NCBI GenBank assembly: GCA_963789395.1
Contig: CAWBKP010000019.1
Location: 128,001-192,000 of the forward strand
Origin: an uncultured delta proteobacterium
Lineage (GTDB): Bacteria > Desulfobacterota > Desulfobacteria > Desulfobacterales > Desulfatirhabdiaceae
Length of the DNA: 64,000 nt
Direction: 5' to 3'
A model generated the notes under the pieces. The model had not been told where the DNA came from and searched no databases. It worked only from the letters and a program-made list of their open reading frames with translations. The translations under genes and the position numbers were made by a program. Within the stretch, counting starts at the first letter, position 1. Each line of letters starts with the position of its first letter. Positions 21,770 through 33,975 of this stretch are shown here, in pieces.

Positions 21770-24182
21770 TCAGTATTCAGATTTTGAAAGCTCTTCCAAT
21801 GTTTTCGGGCCTGAATTGCCGGCTGAGACCGTTGTCGGAAGGGTTCCTTCCTTGAAGCATTCGAATAACACGGTTTGTGTTTCAGGGCCTGCCAGTTGGC
21901 CGGTGTTCGCGTCAATTTTTGCAAAAACGATTCCCTCTGGAACCGGAAAAACCTGAACAGGCATATTGGCAAGTACACGCTTCATAAACCCCACCCACAC
22001 CGGGCAAGCCGCCGCTCCACCGGTTTCACCCTTTCCCAGTGTCCCTTCTTCGTCAAACCCGACCCATACCCCGGTAATGTATTCAGGTGTATATCCAACG
22101 AACCAGGCATCGTTGAGATTATTGGTTGTTCCGGTTTTTCCGGCTGCCGGACGGTTCAGTTCTCTGGCCCTTCGGCCGGTGCCATTTTTCACAACACTTT
22201 CCAGAAGGTTGGTGATGATGAATGCCGTACTTTTTTCAATGACCGGCACTCTTTCCGGAACGGTTTCTTCAAGAACGCGGCCGTTCTGATCCGTGATTTT
22301 GGTGATGAAAACCGGCTGGATTAAATCTCCTGCGTTATCAAATACGGAATAGGCTCTGACCAGCTCCAGAAGAGACACCCCGGATGATCCCAGTGCAATG
22401 GAGAGGTTAGGCTCCAAAATGGAGGTGATGCCCAGTTTTTTGGCGTAGCCGATGGCGTAGTTCACGCCGATATCCTGAAGGATTTTAACCGTCACCACGT
22501 TCACGGATTTTTCCAGGGCGTTTCGCAGCAGGATTTGCCCGGAATATTTTCTGTCATAATTCTGTGGTTTCCAGACCGATGCGCCATCTTCATCCTGAAA
22601 CGCGATCGGCGAGTCGATTATCACCGTTGCCGGAGTGTAGCCCTTGTCAATGGCGGCGGCATAGATGATGGGTTTGAAAGATGACCCGGGTTGCCTTCTG
22701 GACTGGATGGCCCGGTTAAACTGGCTGTCTCTGAAATCCCTGCCGCCAACCATCACCTTGACCAAGCCGGTGCCGGCTTCCAGACAAAGCAGTGCGCCCT
22801 GAACTTTGGGCGTTTGTTCCAGGGCAAGGATCCACCTGTCTCCCTCCTTGGCTTTATCCAATACTTTGACCAGAACGACGTCTCCGATGCCAAGGATGGC
22901 TGACGACCGTTTTGCACCGCCCAGTTGTTGGGGGCTGTTTTGAATGGACTTTTTTGCCCATTTCATGTCCGCAAAGCGAATGACGCCCTGGGATTTTCCG
23001 ATGCGAATTTCGGCAGACTGTTCCGATTCACCACTGATTGAAACGACAACTCCGCTTATAACGGTTCCGGGTTTGATCGGAGCGTCCTTGATTTCTTCCT
23101 GAGTTGCTGCGGAAAAGGACTCGATTTCATTCGGTTTCAGGTGTTTGATCGGCCCCCGGTATCCCTGGCGTTTATCGAGCGCGCCAAGGCCGATACCCAG
23201 CTCTTCCTGAGCCGCCTTCTGCATGTCGATGTCAACAGCCGCGTAAATGCTGAGCCCGTTGCTGTATAAAGCGTCGGGGCCGTATTTGGTTTCAACGTAG
23301 CGCCGGATATACTCGGTATAAAACGGCACTTCTTCAATATACCAGTTTTTCCGGGGTTTGACATCCATGGGCTGCTGAATGGCCGCAGCGGCCTGAGCTT
23401 CGGTGATATAGCCTTCGGCGGCCATGCGGTTCAAGACGTATGTCTGGCGCTGTTTGGCTCTGTCCGGATACCGGAACGGGGAATACTTGGTGGGTGCCTG
23501 TGGCAGTCCGGCCAGCATTGCGCATTCGGCAAGATTTAAATCCGTAACGGGTTTGCCGAAGTAGTTTTCCGAAGCCGCTTCAATTCCGTAAGCGCCGTGA
23601 CCCAGATAAATCTGATTCAGATATAAAAACAGGATTTCGTCTTTTGAAAATGCCTGGCTGATTCGATACGCCAGAATGGCTTCCTTGATTTTTCGGGTGT
23701 AGCTTCGTTCCGGGGTCAGCAGAAAGGATTTGGTAACCTGCTGGGTAATCGTGCTTCCGCCCTGAACTACACCGCCGGCTTCGATATTTTTCAATAAAGC
23801 CCGGAAGATGCCGATGACATCAATTCCCGGATGACTGTAGAAACGGGAATCTTCGGCGGCAATAAACGCCTCTTTCAGAATTTGAGGAATTCTGGATATG
23901 GGGACGACAATCCGGCGTTCTTTGTAAAATTCGCCGATTTTCCGATTATCGTCTGAATAAACCGTGGTGACTACCGGCGGATGGTAATCGGACAGTTTGG
24001 ATATTTTCGGCAGATCTTCATTGATGTAAAAATAAACCAGTACAACTGCAATCATTCCTGCAATGATGGCGAGCCGAGCCTGACCAGAAAACCGTTTTGA
24101 AAATGATCGTGGACAATTTCCTGCGGGGTTTCTGGCGGGCCCGCTGTTTCAGAATCTTTGATGTTTTTCGAAATTCAGGCAT
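21770..24182 (-). CDS. mrcA: Penicillin-binding protein 1A; N-terminus (MPEFRKTS..., ATG 24182) joined via a frameshift near 24075
   Basis: Transglycosylase [24 protein letters not shown]; transpeptidase SSFK, SVN, KTG. Confidence 0.95.
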
Positions 24183-24357
24183 AATGATGATGGGTTTCTA
24201 CGTTTGGATATCAGTCGTGCAAAACTTGATGAGCTTATTGCTTTACAAATATTCAGCGACTTGTTACTTTACCTTCCGGTTGATAAAAATATTCATTATA
24301 ACCCAGGATGAGAGAAAGACAAGAATTTTTAGCAATGACCTTTTAGCAGGAAAGATT

Positions 24358-24738
24358 ATGGATGCGATTAAACTTGATTTCGACAAACTTGAAGGGCTGG
24401 TTCCTGCCATTGCCCAGGACATTGAGACCGGCGAGGTCCTGATGCTGGCATTCATGAATGCAGAAGCATGGGAAGCCACCCTTGCAACCGGCAAAGCCAC
24501 GTATTACAGCAGGACCCGGAAAAAACTCTGGATCAAAGGGGAAACATCCGGCCACTGCCAGATCGTCAGGGAAATCCGCATCGACTGCGACAATGATACG
24601 GTGCTGCTGAAAATAGAGCAGATCGGTGGCGCCGCCTGCCATACCGGGCATAAAAGCTGTTTTTTCAAGCGCGTGGAAGGAGGCCGCATCAAAATATCCG
24701 GAGAGCCGATTTTTAATCCAAAGGAGATCTATAAATAA
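24358..24738 (+). CDS. hisI: Phosphoribosyl-AMP cyclohydrolase
   Basis: [39 protein letters not shown]; start moved to ATG 24358. Confidence 0.96.
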   Translation: MDAIKLDFDKLEGLVPAIAQDIETGEVLMLAFMNAEAWEATLATGKATYYSRTRKKLWIKGETSGHCQIVREIRIDCDNDTVLLKIEQIGGAACHTGHKSCFFKRVEGGRIKISGEPIFNPKEIYK

Positions 24739-25614
24739 ATGAACGCTGTTTTGAAACTGGGGATTCCCAAGGGAAGTCTGCAGAACGCCACCGTGGAGCT
24801 GTTCAGGCGTTCCGGCTGGAAAATCGATGTCAATGGCAGAAGTTATTTTCCTGAAATTAATGATGAAAAAATTGAATGTGCCTTATGCCGGGCACAGGAA
24901 ATGTCCCGATATGTCGAAAACGGCACAATGGATGCCGGACTTACCGGCAAGGACTGGATCGCCGAAAACAGATCAAATGTCCATGTGGTGGCGGATCTTG
25001 TCTATTCAAAAGTGAGTGCGCGGCCTGCCCGGTGGGTGCTTGCTGTTCCGTTTGACTCTCCGGCCAGAAAACCCGAAGATCTTGCCGGCAAAAAAATTGC
25101 AACTGAACTGGTCGAGTTTACAAAAAAATATTTTGCGGAAAGAAGTGTTCCGGTAACCGTCGAATTTTCCTGGGGAGCGACAGAGGCCAAGGTGGTATCG
25201 GGTCTGGCGGATGCCATCGTCGAGGTTACGGAAACCGGCAGCACCATCAAGGCGCACGGCCTTCGGATCATCCATGAGCTGATGCAGACCAATACCCAGC
25301 TGATCGCCAACCACGAATCGTGGAAAAATCCTGAAAAAAGAGAAAAAATCGAGCAGATTGCGCTGCTGCTTCAAGGCGCGCTGCTGGGGGAAAAACTCGT
25401 GGGTCTCAAAATGAATGTTCCGGATGCCTGCCTTGAAAAAGTGGTGGCGCTGTTGCCCAGCCTGAACGCTCCTACAGTCGCATCTCTTTACAAATCCACA
25501 TGGTATTCGGTTGAAACCGTTGTGAATACGCATGTGGTAAGGGAATTGATTCCTGTCTTGATGAAAAACGGTGCGGAAGGAATTATCGAGTATCCGTTGA
25601 ATAAGGTGATATAG
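24739..25614 (+). CDS. hisG: ATP phosphoribosyltransferase (long form)
   Basis: [33 protein letters not shown]-terminal regulatory domain. Confidence 0.96.
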   Translation: MNAVLKLGIPKGSLQNATVELFRRSGWKIDVNGRSYFPEINDEKIECALCRAQEMSRYVENGTMDAGLTGKDWIAENRSNVHVVADLVYSKVSARPARWVLAVPFDSPARKPEDLAGKKIATELVEFTKKYFAERSVPVTVEFSWGATEAKVVSGLADAIVEVTETGSTIKAHGLRIIHELMQTNTQLIANHESWKNPEKREKIEQIALLLQGALLGEKLVGLKMNVPDACLEKVVALLPSLNAPTVASLYKSTWYSVETVVNTHVVRELIPVLMKNGAEGIIEYPLNKVI

Positions 25615-25616
25615 TA

Positions 25617-25768
25617 TCTGAACGGAATACCCGTTCAGAAAATTTGAAATCCGAATATCGAAATCCGAAACAATGCCCAACCGCTTATACATATCAATGA
25701 CAAAAACAAAGTAATTTCAAATGAATAAACTTTGCCACTCTGATATTTGAATTTGTTTCGGATTTCGA
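25617..25768. repeat. Composite palindromic element between convergent hisG and sdhB
   Basis: TCTGAACGG/CCGTTCAGA hairpin (25617-25639); heptamers AAATCCG-AATATCG-AAATCCG; 16-bp perfect IR 25658-25673 / 25753-25768. Confidence 0.75.
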
Positions 25769-25783
25769 ATGTTTGTATCGAGT

Positions 25784-26544
25784 CTAGTTGACGGATGAAA
25801 ACAACCCCGCTTTAAAAAACTCCCGGTTCATTCGGGCAATGTTGGTGATGGAGATTTCCTTGGGGCATTCCGCCTCGCATTCCCGTTCGTTGGAGCAGTT
25901 TCCAAATCCCAGTTCATCCATGGTCCGAACCATATATGTGACGCGCCTGGCTGCCTCGGGTTTTCCCTGAGGCAGCAGTGCGAGCTGGGATACCTTTGCG
26001 CCCACAAAAAGCATGGCCGATGCATTGGGGCAGGCAGCCACACAGGCTCCGCAGCCGATACAGGCCGCGGCATCCATGGCCTTTTCCGCGATTTCCTTTG
26101 GAACCGGGATGGCATTGGCATCCGGAGTCCCGCCGGTATTGACTGACACATACCCGCCGGCCTGAATGACTTTATCCAGGGCGCTCCGGTCCACAACCAG
26201 ATCTTTTAAAACCTTGAAGGCTTTTGCCCGGAACGGTTCAATGGCAATGGTATCCCCGTCGCAGAAATGCCGCATGTGAAGCTGGCACAGGGTGGTTCCT
26301 TTTTCAGGGCCGTGAGGCCTGCCGTTTATTACAGATCCGCACTGGCCGCAGATTCCCTCCCGGCAATCATGATCAAAGGCAATGGGCTCCTTGCAATCCA
26401 GGGTAAGCTGCTCATTGACAACATCCAGCATTTCCAGAAACGACATGTCCGTAGATATATTGCTGGCATGGTAGGTTTCAAATCCGCCTTTTATCGCAGC
26501 GGATTGCTGTCGCCATACCTTCAGCGTTAAATTGATGGTTTTTG

Positions 26545-26548
<4 letters not shown>
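25784..26548 (-). CDS. sdhB: Succinate dehydrogenase/fumarate reductase Fe-S subunit
   Basis: [34 protein letters not shown]. Confidence 0.96.
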
Positions 26549-28458
<1,910 letters not shown>

Positions 28459-28475
28459 GGTTGATCTCCTTATTC

Positions 28476-29117
28476 TTAAGCAATCAGCGAAATATAGACG
28501 GGAAGAAATCCAAAACCAATGCCGACGATGAGGCTGAAGACCAGGCTGAGCGTCATAATGTACGGCATGTATTTGGGGTGGTTGGCGCCCAGGGTTTGAA
28601 AAGCGCTCCACAGCCCGTGGCTCACATGAAGGCCGGCGATGATCATGGCCAGAATGTAGAAAATGACATAAAGCGGATTTGAAAACGCCTTGGAAACAAT
28701 ATCAAAGATGGTCAGGTGGGTCTTGTCCACAAAATGAAAATTGAAAAGATGAAAAATCACAAAAAACAGCAGAAAAAAACCGGTGTAAGGCATGGTTGCG
28801 GACCCGATGGTTCTGCCGCCAGCATTTTTGTTGACGCGATAGCGGTTGGGTCTGGCCCGCAGGTTTTCATAAAACAGGGTCGCGCCTGTCAGGACATGAA
28901 CCAGGGCCAATGCCAAAAGCCCCATCTCCGCCACGTTCACCAGCGGACCCAGGGAGTGGAGGTGTGCTGCATATGAATTAAAAGCATCTCTTCCCCCATA
29001 GATAAACAGGTTGCCGGCAAGGTGTGAAACCAGAAACCCGCAAAAACAAAGTCCCGTAATGGCCATCATCAGTTTTTTTCCGATGGATGAGCCCAGCATG
29101 TTGACAAGCCAGTTCAT
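28476..29117 (-). CDS. sdhC: Succinate dehydrogenase cytochrome b subunit
   Basis: [13 protein letters not shown], conserved His, [22 protein letters not shown]. Confidence 0.93.
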   Translation of the reverse strand: MNWLVNMLGSSIGKKLMMAITGLCFCGFLVSHLAGNLFIYGGRDAFNSYAAHLHSLGPLVNVAEMGLLALALVHVLTGATLFYENLRARPNRYRVNKNAGGRTIGSATMPYTGFFLLFFVIFHLFNFHFVDKTHLTIFDIVSKAFSNPLYVIFYILAMIIAGLHVSHGLWSAFQTLGANHPKYMPYIMTLSLVFSLIVGIGFGFLPVYISLIA

Positions 29118-29329
29118 TTTTTCCTCCAGGTTAAGAATAATCAATAAATAATTTAATAGCTTAATTTGTTTAGTATTGAATTATATTTATCTATTGCTTC
29201 TGATCCGATCTGTCAATGATGAAAGTAATGGACGATCAAGAAATATATTGGTATTCTTCAGAACGGTCATCACGGATCATGTTGGACATCGCAAAACTTT
29301 GTTACTGAATGTGGTTTTATAAAATCATC

Positions 29330-29530
29330 TGGTGAATTTAATTAATTATAACAATCTGAATTTAATTACAATATTATATAAAAATTAAATAATTCCATTT
29401 GAACTTATATGAAATGATGTTCTATGTAAATTGATATTATAATATATTTGATATTTAATATAATATAATTAATTATTTGATATTAAATATGATAAAATTC
29501 GAAACATTGTTTCGTAAAAAATTGATATAC
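29330..29530. promoter_or_regulatory. Very AT-rich regulatory tract with IHF-consensus sites and a palindromic operator-like site
   Basis: TAA-TTAT-TTGATA (29470-29482) and TAA-AAAA-TTGATA (29515-29527) match YAANNNNTTGATW; CGAAACA-T-TGTTTCG at 29500-29514. Confidence 0.55.
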
Positions 29531-29933
29531 GAATGAAAATATTCTGTCAAGTGTAAATTTTCTGCAAATACGCGTCTGAAATACCCTTTGCGCTGAAACC
29601 CAGCGCATCTTCTTGCATGCGACTTGACCCGCGGCACCTTCAAAATTGGCTTTCCGTGCATCTTTGGGTATGTTCCGAACTTCACGAATCTAAGGCAGCT
29701 TCATCGACATTTCCAAGGCATGCATTGACATTGACACTTGATTATTAAAGATGTACGTACCTGTTGCCGTTGAAAGCGTATTGGCAGCAGCATGTTGGTC
29801 AGCATTTTATGAAAGCTTTCAGAATTATTAACAGCATGGGTACCGAAGCTACTGTCTGATATGCCTTTGCGTAAGGCGACCGGTTTGTTTTTTGTTCTGG
29901 GGGCGCCAGGAAGTAGGGATAAGGAAAAACAAC

Positions 29934-30545
29934 ATGATTTCTGAAAACGCGTCGGATTGTTGCATTCAGATGACACTGAAAGAAGATTCCAGATTCTGCT
30001 TTCTGTTGAATAGCGTTTTCCGTCAGGGCGTTCGGATGGAGATTCTGGCAGGTTCCAGCATTCGGCAGGTCATTGTCGAGCAACTGGGAATTGCTGAAGC
30101 GTATCTGGAAAACCGGGTTCAAACGCTTTTTCTGAATGGAAAGCCCGTGGATGATGTGGATGCCATGACGGTTTCTGACGGCTCCATCCTGGCGCTGTCG
30201 GCTGCCATGCCGGGGCTTGCGGGAGCCACGCTCAGAAAAGGCGGAAAATATGCTGCATTTCGGCAAGAGATAACTCTTGGCAGGGATTCGCCGGTCCCGG
30301 TTCTCCGGAAAGGGCGGATGGTGATGAAACTTTTTAATCAGGTTGCCGAGGAACTGGGGCCGGTGGTGGTAACAAAAGGGATAGGGATTGGCGGCGGGGA
30401 TTTGCTGGATGTTATCCGTAAGGCCAAGGAAATGTCCCTACTCTCTGAAATCGTTGAATTGACAGTAAACGGTAATGCCATTGCTCCGGAAATGCTGGCT
30501 GCAAAGATCAGCAGCCAATCCGACGTTTTCCTTTCGATCAGATAG
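29934..30545 (+). CDS. Hypothetical protein with a MoaD/ThiS-like segment (start uncertain)
   Basis: FLNGKPVDDVDAMTVSDGSILALSAAMPG resembles the end of beta-grasp sulfur carriers; AAGGA RBS before ATG. Confidence 0.65.
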   Translation: MISENASDCCIQMTLKEDSRFCFLLNSVFRQGVRMEILAGSSIRQVIVEQLGIAEAYLENRVQTLFLNGKPVDDVDAMTVSDGSILALSAAMPGLAGATLRKGGKYAAFRQEITLGRDSPVPVLRKGRMVMKLFNQVAEELGPVVVTKGIGIGGGDLLDVIRKAKEMSLLSEIVELTVNGNAIAPEMLAAKISSQSDVFLSIR

Positions 30546-30587
30546 TGATGGCAATTTTCAACCGGCTGACGGGATGGCCTTGAACCG

Positions 30588-31409
30588 TTAACGGTTCGGG
30601 TTCAGATTGCCCATGCGATACCCGCTCATATCCATGAGAACATGGACAAATCCAAGCTGTTTAAAAAATGAAACCACCTGTTCACGGATAGGCGGTGCCA
30701 TCATTCGGCTCAATTCATTTATATCCAATTCGATGCGGGCGGTATCGCCAAAGTGCCTGACCCGAACCTGAGCGATGTTTCCCAGCCTGCGGATATAGGC
30801 TTCAGCTGCATCAATCTGCCGAAGCTTTTCCGGAGTAATCGGGCTGAAATAAGGAATCCGGGATGCCAGGCAGGCCAGTGCCGGCTTGTCCCAGGTGGAC
30901 AGTCCCAGCGCTTTGGATAAGGCGCGGATACCGTCCTTGGTCAATCCGGCCTCGCTTAAAGGGCTTCGAACGCCCAGTTCCCGTGCGGCAAGGCTGCCCG
31001 GGCGGTAATCCTTGCCGTCATCCGCATTTTCCCCATCTGCAATGACGGTAAACCCGTGTTGACCGGCAATGGTAATCAGTGCCTCGTATCGGTATTTTTT
31101 ACAGAGGTAGCATCTGTCAGGAGGATTTTGCACAAACTCCGGAATGCGCATTTCATGGGTTTCCACCACAAGATGCCGAACCCCGATTTGCCGGGCAAAT
31201 GTCACGGCATCTGAAAACTCTTCCTGAGAAGTGGTCTCAGACCGGGCGGTGAAAGCCATGACAGAATCATTTAGGACATCGGAGGCAACCCGAAGCAGCA
31301 ATGCGCTGTCAACGCCGCCGGAAAAGGCAATGGCGACCCGTCCCATTTGCCTGAGGATTTCCTTCAAATCGGCGTACCCGGTTATTTGTAACGGATCAAT
31401 CGAGTGCAT
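30588..31409 (-). CDS. larE: ATP-dependent sulfur transferase LarE family
   Basis: PP-loop AFSGGVDS, RCYLCK, DYRPG, WDKPALACLASRIPY, QVRVRH. Confidence 0.92.
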   Translation of the reverse strand: MHSIDPLQITGYADLKEILRQMGRVAIAFSGGVDSALLLRVASDVLNDSVMAFTARSETTSQEEFSDAVTFARQIGVRHLVVETHEMRIPEFVQNPPDRCYLCKKYRYEALITIAGQHGFTVIADGENADDGKDYRPGSLAARELGVRSPLSEAGLTKDGIRALSKALGLSTWDKPALACLASRIPYFSPITPEKLRQIDAAEAYIRRLGNIAQVRVRHFGDTARIELDINELSRMMAPPIREQVVSFFKQLGFVHVLMDMSGYRMGNLNPNR

Positions 31410-31805
31410 ACCCTGTTATTATCCGTCATTTGGCGATCTGTCAACTTAACAAAAATTCAAAATGTTATCCGGTTTGCAGTCAGGGATAGGGAACGTCAGG
31501 GCAGATGCCGATTTTGCCTATCGTCGATACTGAAACCGGTATTGTCTGCATGCAGAAAAAAATCTCGTAAAAGCTTAAAAATATGGATATAATAACATAA
31601 CAGGTAACTATTTTTTTGCTTTTGAGTGAGTATTTTTTGCCTGTCTAAGTTTTTTGTGATAGAAATATAATCAGTATACGGGAGATGGTACCCAACTGTT
31701 TCAAAACATCAGGCGGTTTTTTCCGGTTGTAGACATTTGCAGCCTGCTGTCATGTTTCGATGGGGATCTTACCCATGGCCTTTTACCTGAATGTGTGGAG
31801 AGTGG

Positions 31806-32261
31806 ATGATCCATATTCGTTTGCCGAATAAACATCAAAATCAGGGGTTCACCCTGATTGAACTCATGGTCGTTATCGTTATTCTGGGAATACTGGCCAT
31901 GTACATTGCGCCCAAAATCATGGGACGGCCTGAAGAAGCCCGTCAGGTTAAGGCCAGAGTGGATATTGCCAGTCTGGAAACAGCCTTAAAGCTTTATAAA
32001 CTGGACAACGGAATGTATCCAACCACAGAGCAGGGGCTTCAGGCACTGGTCAGCCCGCCCCAGACAGAACCTGCTCCCCGGAACTGGAAAAAAGGCGGAT
32101 ATCTGGAAAAGGGAAAAGTTCCCAAGGATCCCTGGGGAAATCCCTTTGTTTATTTATATCCCGGCATCAAGGGCGAGTATGATATTATTTCATACGGTGC
32201 TGACGGCTCTCCCGGAGGTGTGGAGCATAACCGGGATATTCATAGCTGGGACCTGGACTGA
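31806..32261 (+). CDS. gspG: Type II secretion major pseudopilin
   Basis: [45 protein letters not shown]. Confidence 0.96.
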   Translation: MIHIRLPNKHQNQGFTLIELMVVIVILGILAMYIAPKIMGRPEEARQVKARVDIASLETALKLYKLDNGMYPTTEQGLQALVSPPQTEPAPRNWKKGGYLEKGKVPKDPWGNPFVYLYPGIKGEYDIISYGADGSPGGVEHNRDIHSWDLD

Positions 32262-32266
32262 CATCC

Positions 32267-32787
32267 ATGACAGAGATAGACGGATCATCGGCACCCGGCG
32301 GATTTACCCTTATGGAACTGATTGTCGTCACCTGTCTGCTGAGTTTATTTTTGATGTTCTCCATTCCCCGGCTTCAGTCTGTCATGCCAACCGATCACCT
32401 GAATGCCACGGTTCGAATGATCATTGCCACAGTAGCCGAACTTAAGAACATTGCGGTTCAAAACAGCCGGTTATATAACCTGCACCTGGATATGGATCAG
32501 CGCCTGGTGTGGGTTACCCATGAGGCTATGACAGATGCCGAACTTCAGACAGCTAAGAAAAGCGGTTTTCGTCTGCCTGCGGATGTTCGCATGCTGGATG
32601 TGGAAATTCCGGATGCCGGCAAAGCCTCTTCAGGCGTGCGGAAATTGTTTTCAGCTCGCGGGGATATTCCAGCAAGGCGCTCATTCACCTGCAAGGTAAA
32701 GGCGGCGGCCCGGTTTCACTGTTGATTGAACCGTTCATGCCCGGTGTCGGCTATTACGGCCGGCGCATTACCTTTGATGAAGGGTAA
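32267..32787 (+). CDS. gspH: Minor pseudopilin GspH-like, frameshift near 32636
   Basis: GFTLMEL; alternative frame continues AEIVFSSRGYSSKALIHL...LLIEPF to stop 32787. Confidence 0.75.
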
Positions 32788-32797
32788 GCAGGATACA

Positions 32798-33233
32798 ATG
32801 CATAGCAGGCAGTCTGTGATAGAGGGATTTACCTTTCTTGAGGTGTTGATGGCGGTTTCCATCCTGGCCATTTTACTGGTCGGCGTCCATAAACTGCAGA
32901 GCCAGATGGTATCCATGAGCCAGACCACCCGGTTTTTCACGCTGGCACCGCTTCTGGCGCAAAGCCAGATGGCGGAAATGGAACGCCGTAATTTTATAGA
33001 TATCCAGAAGGATTCAGGAGATTTCGGAATCGCTTATCCCGGCTATGTCTGGTCGCTGACATATGGAAAACACGAAATCGGAAGTCCTGAAAAAACTGGC
33101 AGTTCCGATGAAAAAAATAGATTTATCCGTGTCGTTCAACAAAGGGGAGCGGACATATCGCATGAGAACCTACCGCGTTGTTCCGGATAAGGCTGCTGCC
33201 GATATGCAGGATAGGCGTCTTGGCCCTGCATGA
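32798..33233 (+). CDS. gspI: Minor pseudopilin GspI-like, frameshift near 33060
   Basis: GFTFLEVLMA; alternative frame KKIDLSVSFNKGERTYRMRTYR ends in an ATGA overlap with gspJ. Confidence 0.78.
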
Positions 33234-33925
33234 TCATGTCTTATTTAAAGGATAGGGGATTTACCCTTCTTGAACTCCTGATTGCCATCACGATGCTGGT
33301 TATTGTTTTGACGACGCTTTATGGATCATATCGCAGCATTCTGACCCGAAATCCCTGGATAGAAAGCGAGATCCAGTATCAGGAAATGGCACGGATCTGC
33401 CTGAATCAGATGCTGGCTGATCTTGGGGCTGCTTACGTTGTGCCGTCAAGTGAATATAAGCCGCCACAATCTTCGGATGCGCCGAATCCTTATTGTCTGA
33501 TCGCAGAGGATATTTCGACCGGCAAGAAGACTTTTCCCCGGCTCGGGTTTCCATCACTGTTTCATCTGAGGCTTGCCGATAGTCGGCAGCAGGATATTGC
33601 GCACATCGTGTATTATGTTCAGCCGATGTCAAACGGTGTTTTTGTCCTCCGGCGATCGGAAACCCTTTACCCGTATCCGCCGTTTAAAGAGAATCCGGCG
33701 GATCCGATCTTGTGCAAGGCCATTCGATCGCTGACATACACGTTTTATGACAGCAAAGGAAAAGAATTCCACAACTGGGACTCGGACTCATCAGACTATG
33801 GCCGTCAGACGCCGACTGCGATGCATATTTTGCTGGAGTTGGAAACTGGACAAGGGGCTGTCCTGAAAATGGAAACCGGCCTTGTTTTTCCGGCCGCCAG
33901 AACCGGCAATACCCGGATAAAATAA
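33230..33925 (+). CDS. gspJ: Minor pseudopilin GspJ-like
   Basis: GFTLLELLIAI prepilin motif; fourth gene of the G-H-I-J array. Confidence 0.8.
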   Translation: MIMSYLKDRGFTLLELLIAITMLVIVLTTLYGSYRSILTRNPWIESEIQYQEMARICLNQMLADLGAAYVVPSSEYKPPQSSDAPNPYCLIAEDISTGKKTFPRLGFPSLFHLRLADSRQQDIAHIVYYVQPMSNGVFVLRRSETLYPYPPFKENPADPILCKAIRSLTYTFYDSKGKEFHNWDSDSSDYGRQTPTAMHILLELETGQGAVLKMETGLVFPAARTGNTRIK

Positions 33926-33975
33926 GCAAAATAAGCGCCGATGTGTCAAAATCATTTTACGCAACAGGTTAACGC

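Noticed and set aside
24097..24357. N-terminal extension of HisI in the ORF track (similarly SdhA, MetG, LptD, CheX)
   Set aside because: Overlaps neighbouring genes or promoters; downstream starts with RBS match the family N-termini
25640..25780. CRISPR array
   Set aside because: Repeats are 7-bp periodic and inverted, not 25-45 bp direct repeats with spacers; no cas genes
29150..29560. AT-rich tract as replication origin
   Set aside because: No TTATCCACA DnaA boxes seen, and no dnaA/dnaN/gidA context
29610..29670. GACTTGACCC motif as a RAYT/REP transposase remnant
   Set aside because: Single short match, no partner repeat and no transposase coding trace
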